Part shown: positions 50,098 through 61,945 of the stretch, in pieces
Position numbering within the stretch: position 1 is the stretch's first letter
Layout of the letters: the number at the start of each line of letters is the position of its first letter
Source: Mytilus californianus
Lineage: Eukaryota
Assembly (NCBI RefSeq): GCF_021869535.1
Contig: NW_026262701.1
Span: 79,484,001 to 79,548,000 of the forward strand
DNA length: 64,000 nt
Direction of reading: 5' to 3'
The notes under the pieces: generated by a model
What the model was told of the DNA's origin: nothing
The model's input: the letters and a program-made list of their open reading frames with translations, nothing else
Databases searched by the model: none
Made by a program: the position numbers and the translations under genes

Positions 50098-50320
50098 TAG
50101 ATACCAGGATAAAAATGTTGTACGCCAGACGAGCGTTTTGTCTACAAAGACTCATCAGTGACGCTTGAATAAAAAAATGTTAAAAAGGCCGAATAAAGAA
50201 CAAAGTTGAAGAGCATTGAAGACCCAAAATTTCGAAACAAAGGTTTTGCCAAATACATCTAAGGTAATCTATTTATTCCGTGGGAAGAAAATACTTAGTA
50301 TTTTGAAAATTTCAAAGTTT
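50098..50320 (-). mobile_element. Dispersed hammerhead-bearing repeat (family A); ribozyme motif at 50121-50165 has GAAA changed to AAAA
   Basis: Reverse complement: GCGTCA-CTGATGA-GTCT ttgt AGAC-AAAA-C gctc G-TC-TGGCGT. Flanks are homologous to 25050-25170. Confidence 0.7.
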
Positions 50321-50796
50321 ATAATAGGACAATCACTCAAACGAAAAGAAAAAGAAAGGCGAAACAGCTAGAGGTCAGAATATCTTAACTGATGATGACC
50401 ATGATTCAACGTCACATCTTCAGCTCTAACTGCCGTGTCCTGAATTTAGATAAGAAATGCGAAAATTCACAGTCCGAGAGTGAAATTAATATCTATGCAT
50501 GCATGTGGTTTTCTTTCGCAGCGCAAGAAATAGTAAGTGGAAAGCATACGCACTGATACTCTGGATTACAACACGCATTTGCGTCAACACGTATATTCAT
50601 TCAAGGCTCAAATCTAATGCTAGTTGAATTCGGATGTCAAACCGCCTACCTCAAGTGTTTTGACTCCGGATTCATGTCCTTTTAATCCGAAATTTGTGTA
50701 AACGCAAACCGATGTTGTGTCGTGTGAACAGGGTATAATATAATAAAAATAAATCAAGACGGGTGTATGAAAGCTGGTCAACACAATGTATACTAG

Positions 50797-50915
50797 GGGC
50801 GGATCCAGCCATTTTTAAAATAAAAGGGGGGGGGTGGTTCAAACCCAGGATAAAGTGGGGTTCCAACCATATGTCCCCATTCAAAAGCAGTGATCGTAAA
50901 AAAAAGGGGGTTCCA
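50797..50915. mobile_element. Truncated AGGGGCGGATCC MITE
   Basis: The 5' end TAGGGGCGGATCCAGCC is present. No matching right TIR was seen. Confidence 0.5.
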
Positions 50916-52336
50916 AACATCAAGTATTTACTGAACGACAATTTATTTATTAAATTAATTTCTTCTTCAAGTCTGAATTTCCATTATATGAATATATTGC
51001 TATACAAAATATAAGCAGAGACTTATAAAACCATATATACTAAAACGAAATTAAATAATTAACGTAGTAATTAAATGATTATTGTAAAATATTAAATACG
51101 TTTTTCGTGAGATGCAAGGATTTAAAATCGTTGTGAGAGTATTTTTTCATTCACTACAGTTTAAATTTAACTCACTTATGTGTACGCATTCCTGATAGTT
51201 GGTGCTAATATGTTGCATATAGTTTTCATAAATGTATTCACTGTTCAGACATGTCGGACATAATATAACATTATACATTACATTCTATTAATGACAAATT
51301 CAGTTTCAGTTTAAACTTAATAATGTTAATGAATATTTTCTTGGTCTGTTAGTGTATTCTAATTAAATTAAATATTTTGACAGAAATATTGTTTTGTTTA
51401 ATTATAATTATGCTTTCCGACCTAAGATAAATATTTATAACTTACAGCAATATCGTTTTGTTAATTTTCTTTTTGCTTTCCGACATTAGCCCAGGCTGTG
51501 ATTAAAGTAAATAATGTCATGTGGTAAACGTTAAAAAATAATCAGTTTATTCTGAGCATGGAAGTAATATTAAATATTACTTCCATGTTCTGAGACATAA
51601 CATATAAGTATACTATTCCCAGATTTATTGTCACAATGCACAATAGCACGTTGTATTAAATACTACATACACAACGCACACAAGGACCGTCTCAAAGCAT
51701 GAATTATATAATTGCGTTATCATTATACTTGATATTTATAAACATTCTGATTATGTCGCATTATTAAAAACGCATATGTTCTACCAAAAGGCAAGTAGGT
51801 GGCAATATATAAATGATTTTTTTTATTGCAATCGAGTCTTTATTTTTTTTAATATTCCGATCTACAAATGAACTTCGATTGTTGAACTAATACAATTTCA
51901 CGTGGTAGCCTATCCATAGAGGGACCGTATCAAAGACATAAACAACTACCTGACTGAGTGTATAAATGATCGAAACTTATCGAGACGTTCCGAGAATTTT
52001 TTCCGAGGATATCGAATGGCCCATAGAAGCTTCCAAAAACTCACGCAATTATAACCATTACATTGCACAGATATAAAGTTTTGGTGTTTTTTTAGCGGGG
52101 GGGGGGGGGGGGGGGGGGGGGGGTCATCTGTAATGAAAAAATAACACAAAATAAAGGTTTTAACATATAATAATAGAAACATAATATAAACTGTTAAAAT
52201 GAAAGAATACAATTCTTTAAACGATTAAATTAATTTTCTCAAAACTTTTTAGAGGCTATTGTCGTGCTGCAATTTAACTATATAAACTAGTTTTGTACTT
52301 AGGTCTACTCGATTTCAATTCGTATACTGAATCAAC

Positions 52337-53114
52337 ATGAGCAAGAAAAGATCTCCAAATTTTTCCGAAATCGAAATTCAAATTATGCTAGCCGAAGTTG
52401 AAAAAACATAAAGGAATACTATTCAGCAAGCTGTCAAATGTTGCGACAAATAACATTAAGAAGAAGACATGGGATGGTATATGTACAAAGATGAATTCTT
52501 CAAATACCCACCACCAAAGAACAGTTGAAGAAATTCGAAAGAAATGGACAGCATATATGAGCAACGCAATAAAGAAAGTGGCACACAATAGACGAGAGGC
52601 AAGAAAGACAGGCGGAGGTCCTCCCCCAGAAGACATTTCCTCCATGGAAGATCAGGTGGTAGGAATTATTGGAGACACGCCTATAGATGGAATAGACGGA
52701 GGAATAGATACAGCCTCTTTTAAAGAAACGTCGATGGATTTGTCGATGCCGTCATGTTCATCTTCAAGAAGGAGCTCCTACTCTTCAGCAGATGAATGAG
52801 GTAATTTGTTTATTTTCTTATAGTTCTTGTGTAAAATAGAGCGAAAAAAGGGGGGGGGGAGGAGGTGACGACATGATTGGTTCGACATGTCTGTCTTTGA
52901 ACTTTCTCCGGTCACGATGGGCTTGTAATGTTTGCCACTGGATGTGATCATCAATTAATCGAATTTTGGCTTGAAATACATTTATTCTTCCCGTTTTGAA
53001 TGATTGTCCTTTTTAATATTTAAAATATATTTCTATTAACCATCTGTTTATGATTCAACTATTTGATAATAAACTGAAAACTAAGAGATGTGGGTGTGTA
53101 TAGACCACAACGTC

Positions 53115-53146
<32 letters not shown>

Positions 53147-53610
53147 GGTAATCGCCAGATATGTCAACCAATGTTATTCTTTTCATGCATTTGTCGATTC
53201 AAAAAATTGTATTTATGAATTAGCTTAATGCTTAACATTCTATTTCAGAACCATCAATCAGCGGTGCTAGTAATAGAACTACGCCAACCAGAAATATTAC
53301 CACCACTGCTTCGACCATGGACGATAGTGATTCTCAGCAGCTGATTCAAATTGAGAGAGGAAGGTTGAATATTGAAAAGGAAAGACTGTAGGTAGAAAAG
53401 GATACACTGAAATTGAAAGAAGAAAAAATGAGGCTGCTGAAGGAGAGACTTACCGTTGAAAAGGAAAGACTTCGCGTAGAAAAAGATAAGCTATCTGTTG
53501 ACCGCCAACGCCTTCAGCTGGAACAGGCCAAAGAACAGTTGCGTTTGGTCCAACTTGGTATCAGTTTGCAGATTCCAGAAAACTCAGATCGAGCCAGTGA
53601 TCACGAGTGA
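52337..53610 (+). pseudogene. Harbinger Myb/SANT-like DNA-binding protein (exons 52337-52800 and 53249-53610), disrupted
   Basis: MSKKRSPNFSEIEIQIMLAEVEK[+1 A at 52401-52406]HKGILFSKL...KKKTWDGI...RTVEEIRKKW...EARKTGGGPPP is a Myb/SANT-like domain. Premature TGA at 52797-52799 and TAG at 53389-53391. The C-terminus is an E/K/R/L coiled-coil. One GT-AG intron. Confidence 0.85.
53117..53146. repeat. (CA)n microsatellite in the Myb-gene intron
   Basis: Directly visible. Confidence 0.9.
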
Positions 53611-53774
53611 TACATTGCTATTTCTTTCATATTGATTAAATATACTTTTTGTCATAGTTCAATTTTGAATAATTATATAGTTATCATTTCAGTAAATAAT
53701 TTACCTTATTTTCTTTGACAACTATAAGTATACAATGATAATTTCCGTTGAAAACTATAAGTTTACAATGATAA

Positions 53775-53945
53775 TCGCTATACTGGTTTGTGTCGCTCAA
53801 TCTTTGGTTTTCTATATTGTGTTTTGTATACTCTTATTTGTCTTGGACATTTTCTTTTTCTTTTTTGCCATGTCTTTGTCAGTTTTATATTCGACTTGTG
53901 AGTTCGAGTGTCCCTTAAGAATCCTTTTCCTTTCTTTTAAACCTA
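53775..53945 (+). mobile_element. Penelope-like (Naiad-type) 3' UTR fragment nested between the Harbinger genes
   Basis: TCGCTCAATCTTTGGTTTTCTATATTGTGTTTTGT...GCCATGTCTTTGTCAG resembles 32040-32170. Confidence 0.6.
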
Positions 53946-54092
53946 AAAATTGTTAAATTCCTTTGTACCACCAAATGAAATTTTATTGGTTATATGTCTG
54001 TGAGATAGTCATCCAGGTATCAGAATACAAGAATAAATGCAATGAACAACGCATTAGTGATTAACAAAGAAGGATAAGAATATTTTTTTTTT

Positions 54093-55141
54093 TTAATTGT
54101 TGAATCTGTTATTAATCAATCTAGTACGAATAACTGTACCATCATTTTGGATACCAACATATTGCTGTCCACCAATGTTTCCATGATCTCTTGGATTATC
54201 GTTTCCTGGAGGCAATGGAATTCTATTGTCAATACACATGTTGTGTAGAACAACAACAGCTACTATAATGTCACAACATCTAACTGGGCTGTACAACAAT
54301 GTTCCTGCAGTGGTATCGATACATCGGAACCGAGATTTCAACACTCCAAAACTCCTCTCAACAGCACATCTTGTTTTCATATGGCAACTGTTGTAACGTT
54401 GGTCCTGTCTTGTTGTTGGGTTTATGACTGGTGTTAGGAGCCAAGGTCGAAGTGGATATCCACTTCCCCAAGAAGCCATCCATCGCTTATGTCTCCGTCT
54501 TCAAACATTTCACAAAGCCTTGAATTGCGCAATGCAAATGAGTCATGTGTACTACCAGGCCACTTTATCACAATGTTTAAAAACTTCAAGTTTGAGTCAC
54601 AAACACCCATTACATTAAGCGAGTGGTAATTTTTTCTGTTTACGTACAAGTGTTCATCAACAGCTGGGCTTTTGATACGCACATGAGTACCATCAACAGC
54701 ACCAATAACATTTGGAAAATTTGAAATGTCATAAAAATCTTGCTTTAAAGCTTGAAGAGATGCTTGATCTGTGGGCATCGAAATGTATTGATTGTATACA
54801 TTTTTCCAACATTGTGTGATTTCACGTGTAATAGTAGAAACACTAGCTCTAGAAATACGATGGACATCAGCATTAACCAGTTGAAAGCTCCCAGTCGCAT
54901 AAAGTCTTGGGGCTACCATTATTTGTAATGAGACAGGAAATACATGGGACCTTTTAGTCGGCCTAGCGAGCTCATTTTGGAACATTCCACAAAGTTCTAG
55001 AATCATTGGTCTTGAAAGTCTATATTTACGTAAAATATCAGCATCGTTCAAATAGTCTAATGGATTGTCTCTGTCCCTAAACACTCTGTTTCGGCGAATA
55101 TTATTCGCTCGTCGTCTTACATGAACATACACAGCGGCCAT
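54093..55141 (-). pseudogene. Harbinger (HARBI1-like, DDE_Tnp_4) transposase with one frameshift
   Basis: YATGSFQ, FPNVIGAVDGTHVRI, NRKNYHSLNV, WPGSTHDS, GWLLG[D]SGYPLRPWLLTP, RCAVERSFGVLKSRFR, VVLHN. A 1-bp deletion at about 54464-54465 breaks the GDSGY motif. Otherwise both halves are open. Confidence 0.93.
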
Positions 55142-55159
55142 ATTTGTTGTTTTTATTTC

Positions 55160-55340
55160 AACTTAGGACATCATAACTCTTAGGACTATCCTAAGACCAT
55201 CCTAAGACACCTATTCATATATCCTTACTTTAGGACCAAATTTAGGACATATCTTAACTTAGGAGACTTTCGTTAACCTGACTTAGGACTAAAACGTGTC
55301 CTAAGACCATCCTAAGACACGTCCTAGTCCTAAGACCGCT
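55160..55340. repeat. Subterminal array of about 12 near-palindromic GTC(C/T)TA(A/G)GAC motifs
   Basis: TTAGGAC and CCTAAGAC occur in both orientations between the transposase ATG and the right TIR. Confidence 0.8.
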
Positions 55341-55913
55341 TCGTTGACACGGCCCCAGTTTTAACACTTATGGTCCTGCATATTTTGGCATTCTCAAAGG
55401 TGATGCTTTTCCTAGTCTGCTTATATCATAAAGACATCTCTACTTTTATCTGTCGGAAGTGCACTGATTGATCTTTAAGTTCGGGTAGGCATCGTCTATT
55501 TTTTAGTTGAAATTGGGGTTTGAAATAACATACAGTCACACTTTATCTTTCTACATTTTGCTACTATTGTTTGTACTTAATCTAGATCTAATGAGTTAAA
55601 CTCTTTTCAACTGGCTTTTATAGTTTGTTCTATTGCTGTTCTACCACACCACTGTCCAAATTCAGTGGAGGGTTGAGTTCTGGTAAAGATCGGTAAACAT
55701 GTTTCACCCCGCCATATTCTTTATATGCCTGTCCCAAGCTAGAAACCTGTAATCCTGTTGATTTTTCTTCTTTGCTCTGTTCTCATTTCGGTCATTCTTA
55801 TGAATATTGTACTGATAAGAGGTAAAAAATTGTAGTAGAAATAATAACATCAACTTATATAAGTTTCGTTCTGGTCGATTTACAAAATTTCTTGATTCTG
55901 CTTAGTTTATATG

Positions 55914-56482
55914 AAGGAGAAGGTCCGGTAAGGGCTTATTTTGGCCTTAAATTTGAAGAACATCTGTTGAAAGATTTTTGACATTTTTTAAACACTTAAG
56001 TGTCTTCTTCTTCAGTCGATTCAATTAGTTTATGTAAAAGATTTGAACTGATTTGGTCATTAAAGACGTCTAAATTCAAGCTTAAATATGAAATTCTATC
56101 AAATATGCCACAAAACGTTACTTTTCAGATGGTTTTTGTCCAAAATGGATGTGGACGCATTCGTGTTCAGTCTCAACCGTTATATATGTTATGTATCATC
56201 ATCAAATACAACATATATTTAAATATTAAGACTGAACACAAGTGCGGCCACTTCCATTTTTGACAAAAACCGTCTAAAATTAGCACAAATGCTAAAATTG
56301 TGAAGATTTCAGTAATTTTGCATGAATTAATGATGTTAGTACCTGATGCATATGCATTGTATTGTCAAAAAACAGCACATATTTATGTAACAAAAGAAAT
56401 CCTCTTTCTTAAACATACTAGCTAAAAAAATTGAAATGCTATATTTTGGGACCAAAAAGGGGTCTTACCGGGCCTACTCCTT
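55914..56482. mobile_element. Kolobok-like MITE with about 30-bp TIRs
   Basis: AAGGAGAAGGTCCGGTAAGGGC ... GGTCTTACCGGGCCTACTCCTT. The TTAA flanks are degenerate. Confidence 0.75.
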
Positions 56483-59104
56483 ACACGCAACCGATAGGTT
56501 ATTTCCATGAATTTGACATGTAATTACGTGATGAGTAATTTCAGATGACGGATGAATCTGGTTCCGGTTGACTTATCACAACCCTTGGACTTAGTAACAA
56601 GAAAATGAATCTTGTTTGGTTTTCATCCTTAATCATTCAAGGTACGGGGAATGTTTGTCGATTTTTTTTCTGAATTGGGTTTATTTTTTGGGCTCAAATA
56701 GGTGCAAATAATAAAACACATGTTTAAAGTTTGTATTAAGCTGAATAAGGTATAAAGAAAACGTGTCAGCATTCTTTACTGAATTGCGTTTCAAGAATAT
56801 TGATTACACATTTTTGAGTGCTTTTAACTGCCAAAATCAAGTTTCTCTTTTGGAATGCTATAGAAAATATCGCACAAATAAAATATTATACACAAAGATG
56901 CCACTTGAACGATACAGATTCTCCTTGGAGTTCCTTGTTTCAAAGTCATTGACACTTGTTTTTGATTTTGAATTTTATGATTCATTTTCGGAAATATGAA
57001 AAGTTTCATTTACATACGAATCTTATTATCTTCAAAATTAAATGGCTGCTTACGTATTGATTCTTGTCAATGTTAGATCCAGACTGATTGTTAACCTTGG
57101 ATCATGTTTTAAACAATTTAAAATATCCCAAATATATTTATGTTTCTTGTCTAAGTTTATAAAATTAATTTTGACGCAAATCATTAGATATATTAGTAAT
57201 ACGTTTGATCGGTTATAAGGTTTGACAGATAAGACGGAATGAAAGAAGGGACATTTTACAAGTCGAAGTAGGACATAAAACACTACGACGAAAGAAAAAG
57301 GACGAAAATATAAATAGCAGTACACAAAACTTTGCAAGTGGTCTTGTTAGCTACGTCTTATTATTTTATTTTTGTTTCTACTACTGAACAGAATAACTTC
57401 ATATCTTGTATGCAGCTTGACAGTAATGATGCGTAACGTGTAAGCGCTTTTCGTATCTGTCAGACAAATATTTTCTGTTTTCCTATCCTTTATATTATAG
57501 GTGGGTGTGCTTTATAAAACAAGGCGTTCAGCTTACTGTTTCAAATAAACCTTGAGGTTAGCTATATTTGTTATACACTTTTGTTAAAGACCTGACGCAA
57601 ACTCTGAAAATATGATTGATTGATTGATTTTTGAATAGTGGCAAATATTTTATTCATATTCAGAAAGAAAGAAATTATAATCAAATTCGTAGATACTACA
57701 ATGTGACGGGCGGGACATTTAAATTGTTATTTGAAAATAAGGTACGTTGGGTAGTTACAGACTCTTTTTTTGCAACAGGCAACCTACGGACTCAATTTTG
57801 TTTTTACAAGGGTTCCTTAGAAAGCATGGTACGTTCCTTACACGACTTCAGATTTAACGTCCCTATTACGACTGCTTACGAACACACCCAAAAGAACAAC
57901 CTTTTTAGCATAGGTTATACTGTTAAATGGGAGGAGTCCTGGTGACCGTATTTCTTTACCCCAGTCAACCATTTGGGTTAAGAATTATATATAAATAAAG
58001 GCAACAATAATCATAAATCGATTAAGCGAAAACAAATCCGGGTCACAATCCAATACCGAGGGAAATACATCAATTATAAAAGGAAAACAATGGAACAACA
58101 GAAACACTGAACTGCAACAAAAACAAACGCCAACGATACATAGAAACAGACTATTTGATAACAACTGCCATATTCCTGACTTGGTATACAGGACAATTAA
58201 AAAAAAAATGTTGGGTTGAACATGGTATCAAAACAGTCCAAGAAAATTTGAAACGGGACGTGAAGATAGAGGCTTTTAAGTACCGTTAATAACAAGAAAT
58301 TATCAGAGGAGATCTTTAAAATGCAATAGTAAATCACAATAATTATATGACCATTATTGACATATTTTGAGTCAGTTGATTTGCTGTCTAACTGCCGTAA
58401 CAAACTCTTCTTTAAATTTAACAAATTTCAAGAATAAACCCAAAGAATAAGTGACTTTTTTTTATAAAACTTATAAATCTACAAGGAAGAGATGTCTTAT
58501 GTCCATGTACTTTGAAATACTGAATATCTTTGAAGGTCAGTTTCTTAGTGACCATTTGGTCGGGTAACAGAGGGAAATTTTTGTCAAATTTACCTTGGCG
58601 AAGCTTTTTCCGTGCAATAAATGGACCGGGAGGACTTATTGCAAAAAATGCCATAAAGACTGTTTCATCAAGAACAAGTCACCGATATATAGATTGTGCA
58701 AAGCAATCAAATTTAAAGAAGGTTTTGCTGGGAATGCTACCACGTGTTACATGTTTGGGTAGACGGGCTCAGGGCTGCATTCGATCCTATATTTGGTTGC
58801 CATCATTCTTTTGTTGACTACAAGTCTAGTTGATCCAAATTCTTGCCTTCTTTCTGTTTTTGATGTTTAATATAAAGCTGTATATGTTGAGATATTAAAT
58901 AGGATTACAAAAATAATGAGATATCAAAACGTTGATAATTTTAGGCCACAAGAATAAAAAATACTCAAGAAAACTGCAGAAGATACCAAAAAGGCGGGAA
59001 ATCAAAACTCAAAAGTTGGAGATCGACAAACAACACCGAGACCAAAAGAACAAAAAAAAAGTCAAACAGACAATCAACAGTCAACAACATTTTTTTTTTA
59101 CCTT

Positions 59105-59600
59105 CTTCGGGAATTCGAGATTGAGCTGTTTAATTCGCGGGAATAGCCATTTAAATCGTCGGAAATTCGGGAATTCGGAATTTAATTTTAGCATGATGCG
59201 GGAAAGGACACAATAATTTCACGATTATTCGGGATTTGGCATTTATTTTCTCGGGAATTCGGGAATTCTATACCCTCCCTCTACAAGATCTTATGAGGAA
59301 AGCATCTTACAAAAAAGTTCGTATACTCTATAATTTATTGGTACGCATTAATAAGTCAAGATGATCATCTTTATTTTAAATTTCAATTGAATTTTGAACG
59401 TACAGTTAACCCTAATTTTGTTTTCATTCCAACGTTAGCTTACTGTCCCTGTTTTTGCAAATTTACGAATTACCCGCATCTCGATATAATTAAATCCCGA
59501 ATTCCTTACGATTTAACTGGCTTTTCCCGAATTCCCGTGAATTGAACTGCTCAATTCCCAATTTCCAAAAAAGGGTCCTTCCGCCCCTCTTGTAGGTACG
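59105..59600. repeat. Two inverted copies of a CGGGAATT-rich repeat
   Basis: 59105-59285 has multiple CGGGAATTC. 59465-59600 has the reverse complement (GAATTCCCG) of homologous sequence. Confidence 0.6.
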
Positions 59601-60227
59601 AACGTACTCGAATATGTGATTTCAGTTTTGAGTTTTTCAGCTATTTATCAGAACTTACCATTGGAAAATCTAGTGGCAAAAATCATCACCTGAGACAACT
59701 TTCCACTAGAGATAAAAAACGGAGGCTGTAAAAACTATATAGGGCACTTTACGGCCTTCAAAAATGAACAAACCTATAAAGTTTAGAATGTGGACTGATA
59801 TGTGTTAAGTGTAAAGAAGTCGGATTATTTGCATTTTGTACTAGGAACATGCACACGAAAATGGTGCTGTTATAATTCATAAGCGAAATCGATTGTCAAT
59901 ATTTTATTTTTAAGAGACACTCATCAAGATAACATATGACAAGGGAGTAGGAATGACTATGTAACAAGTTCAATCTTACTGGGTTAAGTGCACCACTTAA
60001 TACCAAGACTATTTTAGGCTCTATTGTTTTAAATTCATTTTGTGTATATTGATGATTAATTATGACATTTAATTGTCATTTGTTTTTGCAGTAATAAATG
60101 ACGCGTAATACTACGGGTTTGTTACAACTCCTTAAATGATAAACACATTGTAAATAATAACGTCCTCTCGATGTAAAATAAAAAAAAAACCATCATGTAA
60201 AAACAGAAAGGTTCCAGGCTTATAAAT

Positions 60228-60255
60228 ACGCCAGACGCACGGTTAGTCTGCATAA
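60228..60255 (-). ncRNA. 3' half remnant of a family A hammerhead (no CUGAUGA)
   Basis: Reverse complement ...TATGCAGAC-TAAC-CGTGCG-TC-TGGCGTA followed by AAGCCTGG, as at 25130-25160. Confidence 0.3.
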
Positions 60256-60751
60256 GATAAAATATATTTATGTTAAATTGTTTAAAAAATAAACTCTTTA
60301 ATATAAAATTTCCAGTTAGATTTGACAATTTAAAATTATGACTAACCACCGCGTGCAGAAAAGAATCCCCCTCAAACTAAACACTAAATAAAAAAAAAAA
60401 TTATTTCGTCTTGAAAATGCATGCTCAACATAGATAGAAATGTCCATTTTTTGGTGAAAAATATCTTTATTTGTGAAAATTGAAAGAGATAGGATTCTGT
60501 ATTTATCCCCTTGGTCCCTTGTTCCAATTGCTAGTAGTCATCATATTAATATGAAGAAATATAAAACATCATGTATTATTAGAGTTTGCGAAATGTTTAT
60601 GCAAAACTGATGGCCCCACATTCACTTATAGGAAATTGGATTTTTTTTTATTTGACATCCGTATTTTTTTCTGTTTAAAAATAATGAGTTAACATTTTTT
60701 TCATATTTATATACGAACAAAGTAGGCCCAAAGTCTTAAAGTGCTGATTTA

Positions 60752-61065
60752 TCCTTTAAACCGAGCTCTTCGTCAGCAGGCTCATGCAAGAGTTGTGGAA
60801 ACATACGATGTCTGACTTGCCAGCAATTACTGCATACCCAAACTTTCAACAGTCACTCTACTGGTACGAAATACACCATATTTTTCAATTTTTCTTGCAA
60901 GAGTACAAGTACTGTGTATCTACTACAGTGTAAGTGTGATGAACAGTATATTGGTGAGTCAAAACCCATTTCACAAATGCATTAATGGTCATCGTAGTGA
61001 CTATGAATGTATTATAAAGCCAAACCTTCCACTCAGTCAACATTTGAGATCCCTTACCACACTAA
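60752..61065 (+). mobile_element. Penelope-like GIY-YIG endonuclease fragment, frameshifted
   Basis: CKSCGNIRCLTCQ...FNSHSTGTKYTIFFNFSCKSTSTVYLLQCKCDEQYIGES, then after a frameshift PFHKCINGHRSDY. The Cys cluster plus VY...YIG motif is typical of PLE C-terminal endonucleases. Confidence 0.8.
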
Positions 61066-61631
61066 GGCATCATTCACCAACATATTGCTTGGCGTAGGGA
61101 GGAGAGAAGCACTCGGGATAGGATCAATGAGAATGCGTAGTTCAAATCCTGCAGTACTAACTACAGCAGCTGGGTGTGTTGTTTCATTTGGGATGTATAC
61201 ATACACAGCCCCATCAATTGTAAATATTTAATTTGCGCGAACTACAATATTTTAGAATTATACAAGCGTTGTTCAATTCTTGTACGTTCAAGAATTTTAT
61301 CAGCGTATATCAGAAGGACTCCATTATACTTCACACTAAATAAGGATATCTGTTATCCGGTATATTTATTAATATTTGTATTTATTTACTGTGTTCTATC
61401 TAATTTTTGGTGTTGTTGTACACTTTTTATACTAATATATACTCCAACAATGTATGTATGTATTAACAATTTAGAAGAAAAAGGATCAAACTAGTATTTA
61501 ATATTTAAACTTAGTAGGTTTATAAATGCGTTAGCCCTGCTCACAGAAAATCTAAATGGTTTCAAAAAGAAATTATTGCTTCTTATCGTCTGGTATAAAA
61601 ATGTTAAATTATGTGAGTTCTGTATATGATG

Positions 61632-61945
61632 CAAAGAGAGGCGAAAATTCCAAATGGACATTGAAACTCATTAGACGAAAATAAACAGACAACGCCATGG
61701 CAAAAAAAGATAAAAAGACTAAAAGACAAACAACAGTACACAACACACACCATAGAAAGCGAAAGACTGAGCAACACGAACCCCACCAAAACCGGGGGAA
61801 TCTCATGTGCTCCGGAAGGATAAGCAGATCCTGCTCCACATGTGGCACCCCTCGTGTTGCTCCTGCAAGTACACACCAGGGTGACCAGTGTAATTCGGTA
61901 GGTCACATTCGGGAATAGAGGACGGAATTGTAGTTAAGACAATTA
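61632..61945 (-). mobile_element. Penelope-like (Naiad-type) 3' UTR fragment
   Basis: Reverse complement of the CCACATGTGG...CCTTCCGGAGCAC...TTGCTCAGTC 3' UTR seen at 31970-32170. Confidence 0.7.

Larger units (their letters stand above)
52270..55356. mobile_element. PIF/Harbinger DNA transposon (Myb/SANT gene plus DDE transposase, convergent), inactivated; left end not recognisable
   Basis: Two convergent hallmark ORFs. The right terminus is ...CGTTGACACGGCCCC at 55356, preceded by a subterminal motif array. Confidence 0.9.

Noticed and set aside
51921-51936. Possible left TIR of the Harbinger (GGGACCGTATCAAAGA; 13/16 match to the right end)
   Set aside because: The match is short, the 3-bp flanks differ (AGA versus AGT), and there is no adjacent subterminal motif array.
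59105-59600. Cluster of NF-kB-like sites
   Set aside because: The motifs are CGGGAATTCGGG, not GGGRNWYYCC, and belong to a dispersed repeat present as two inverted copies.
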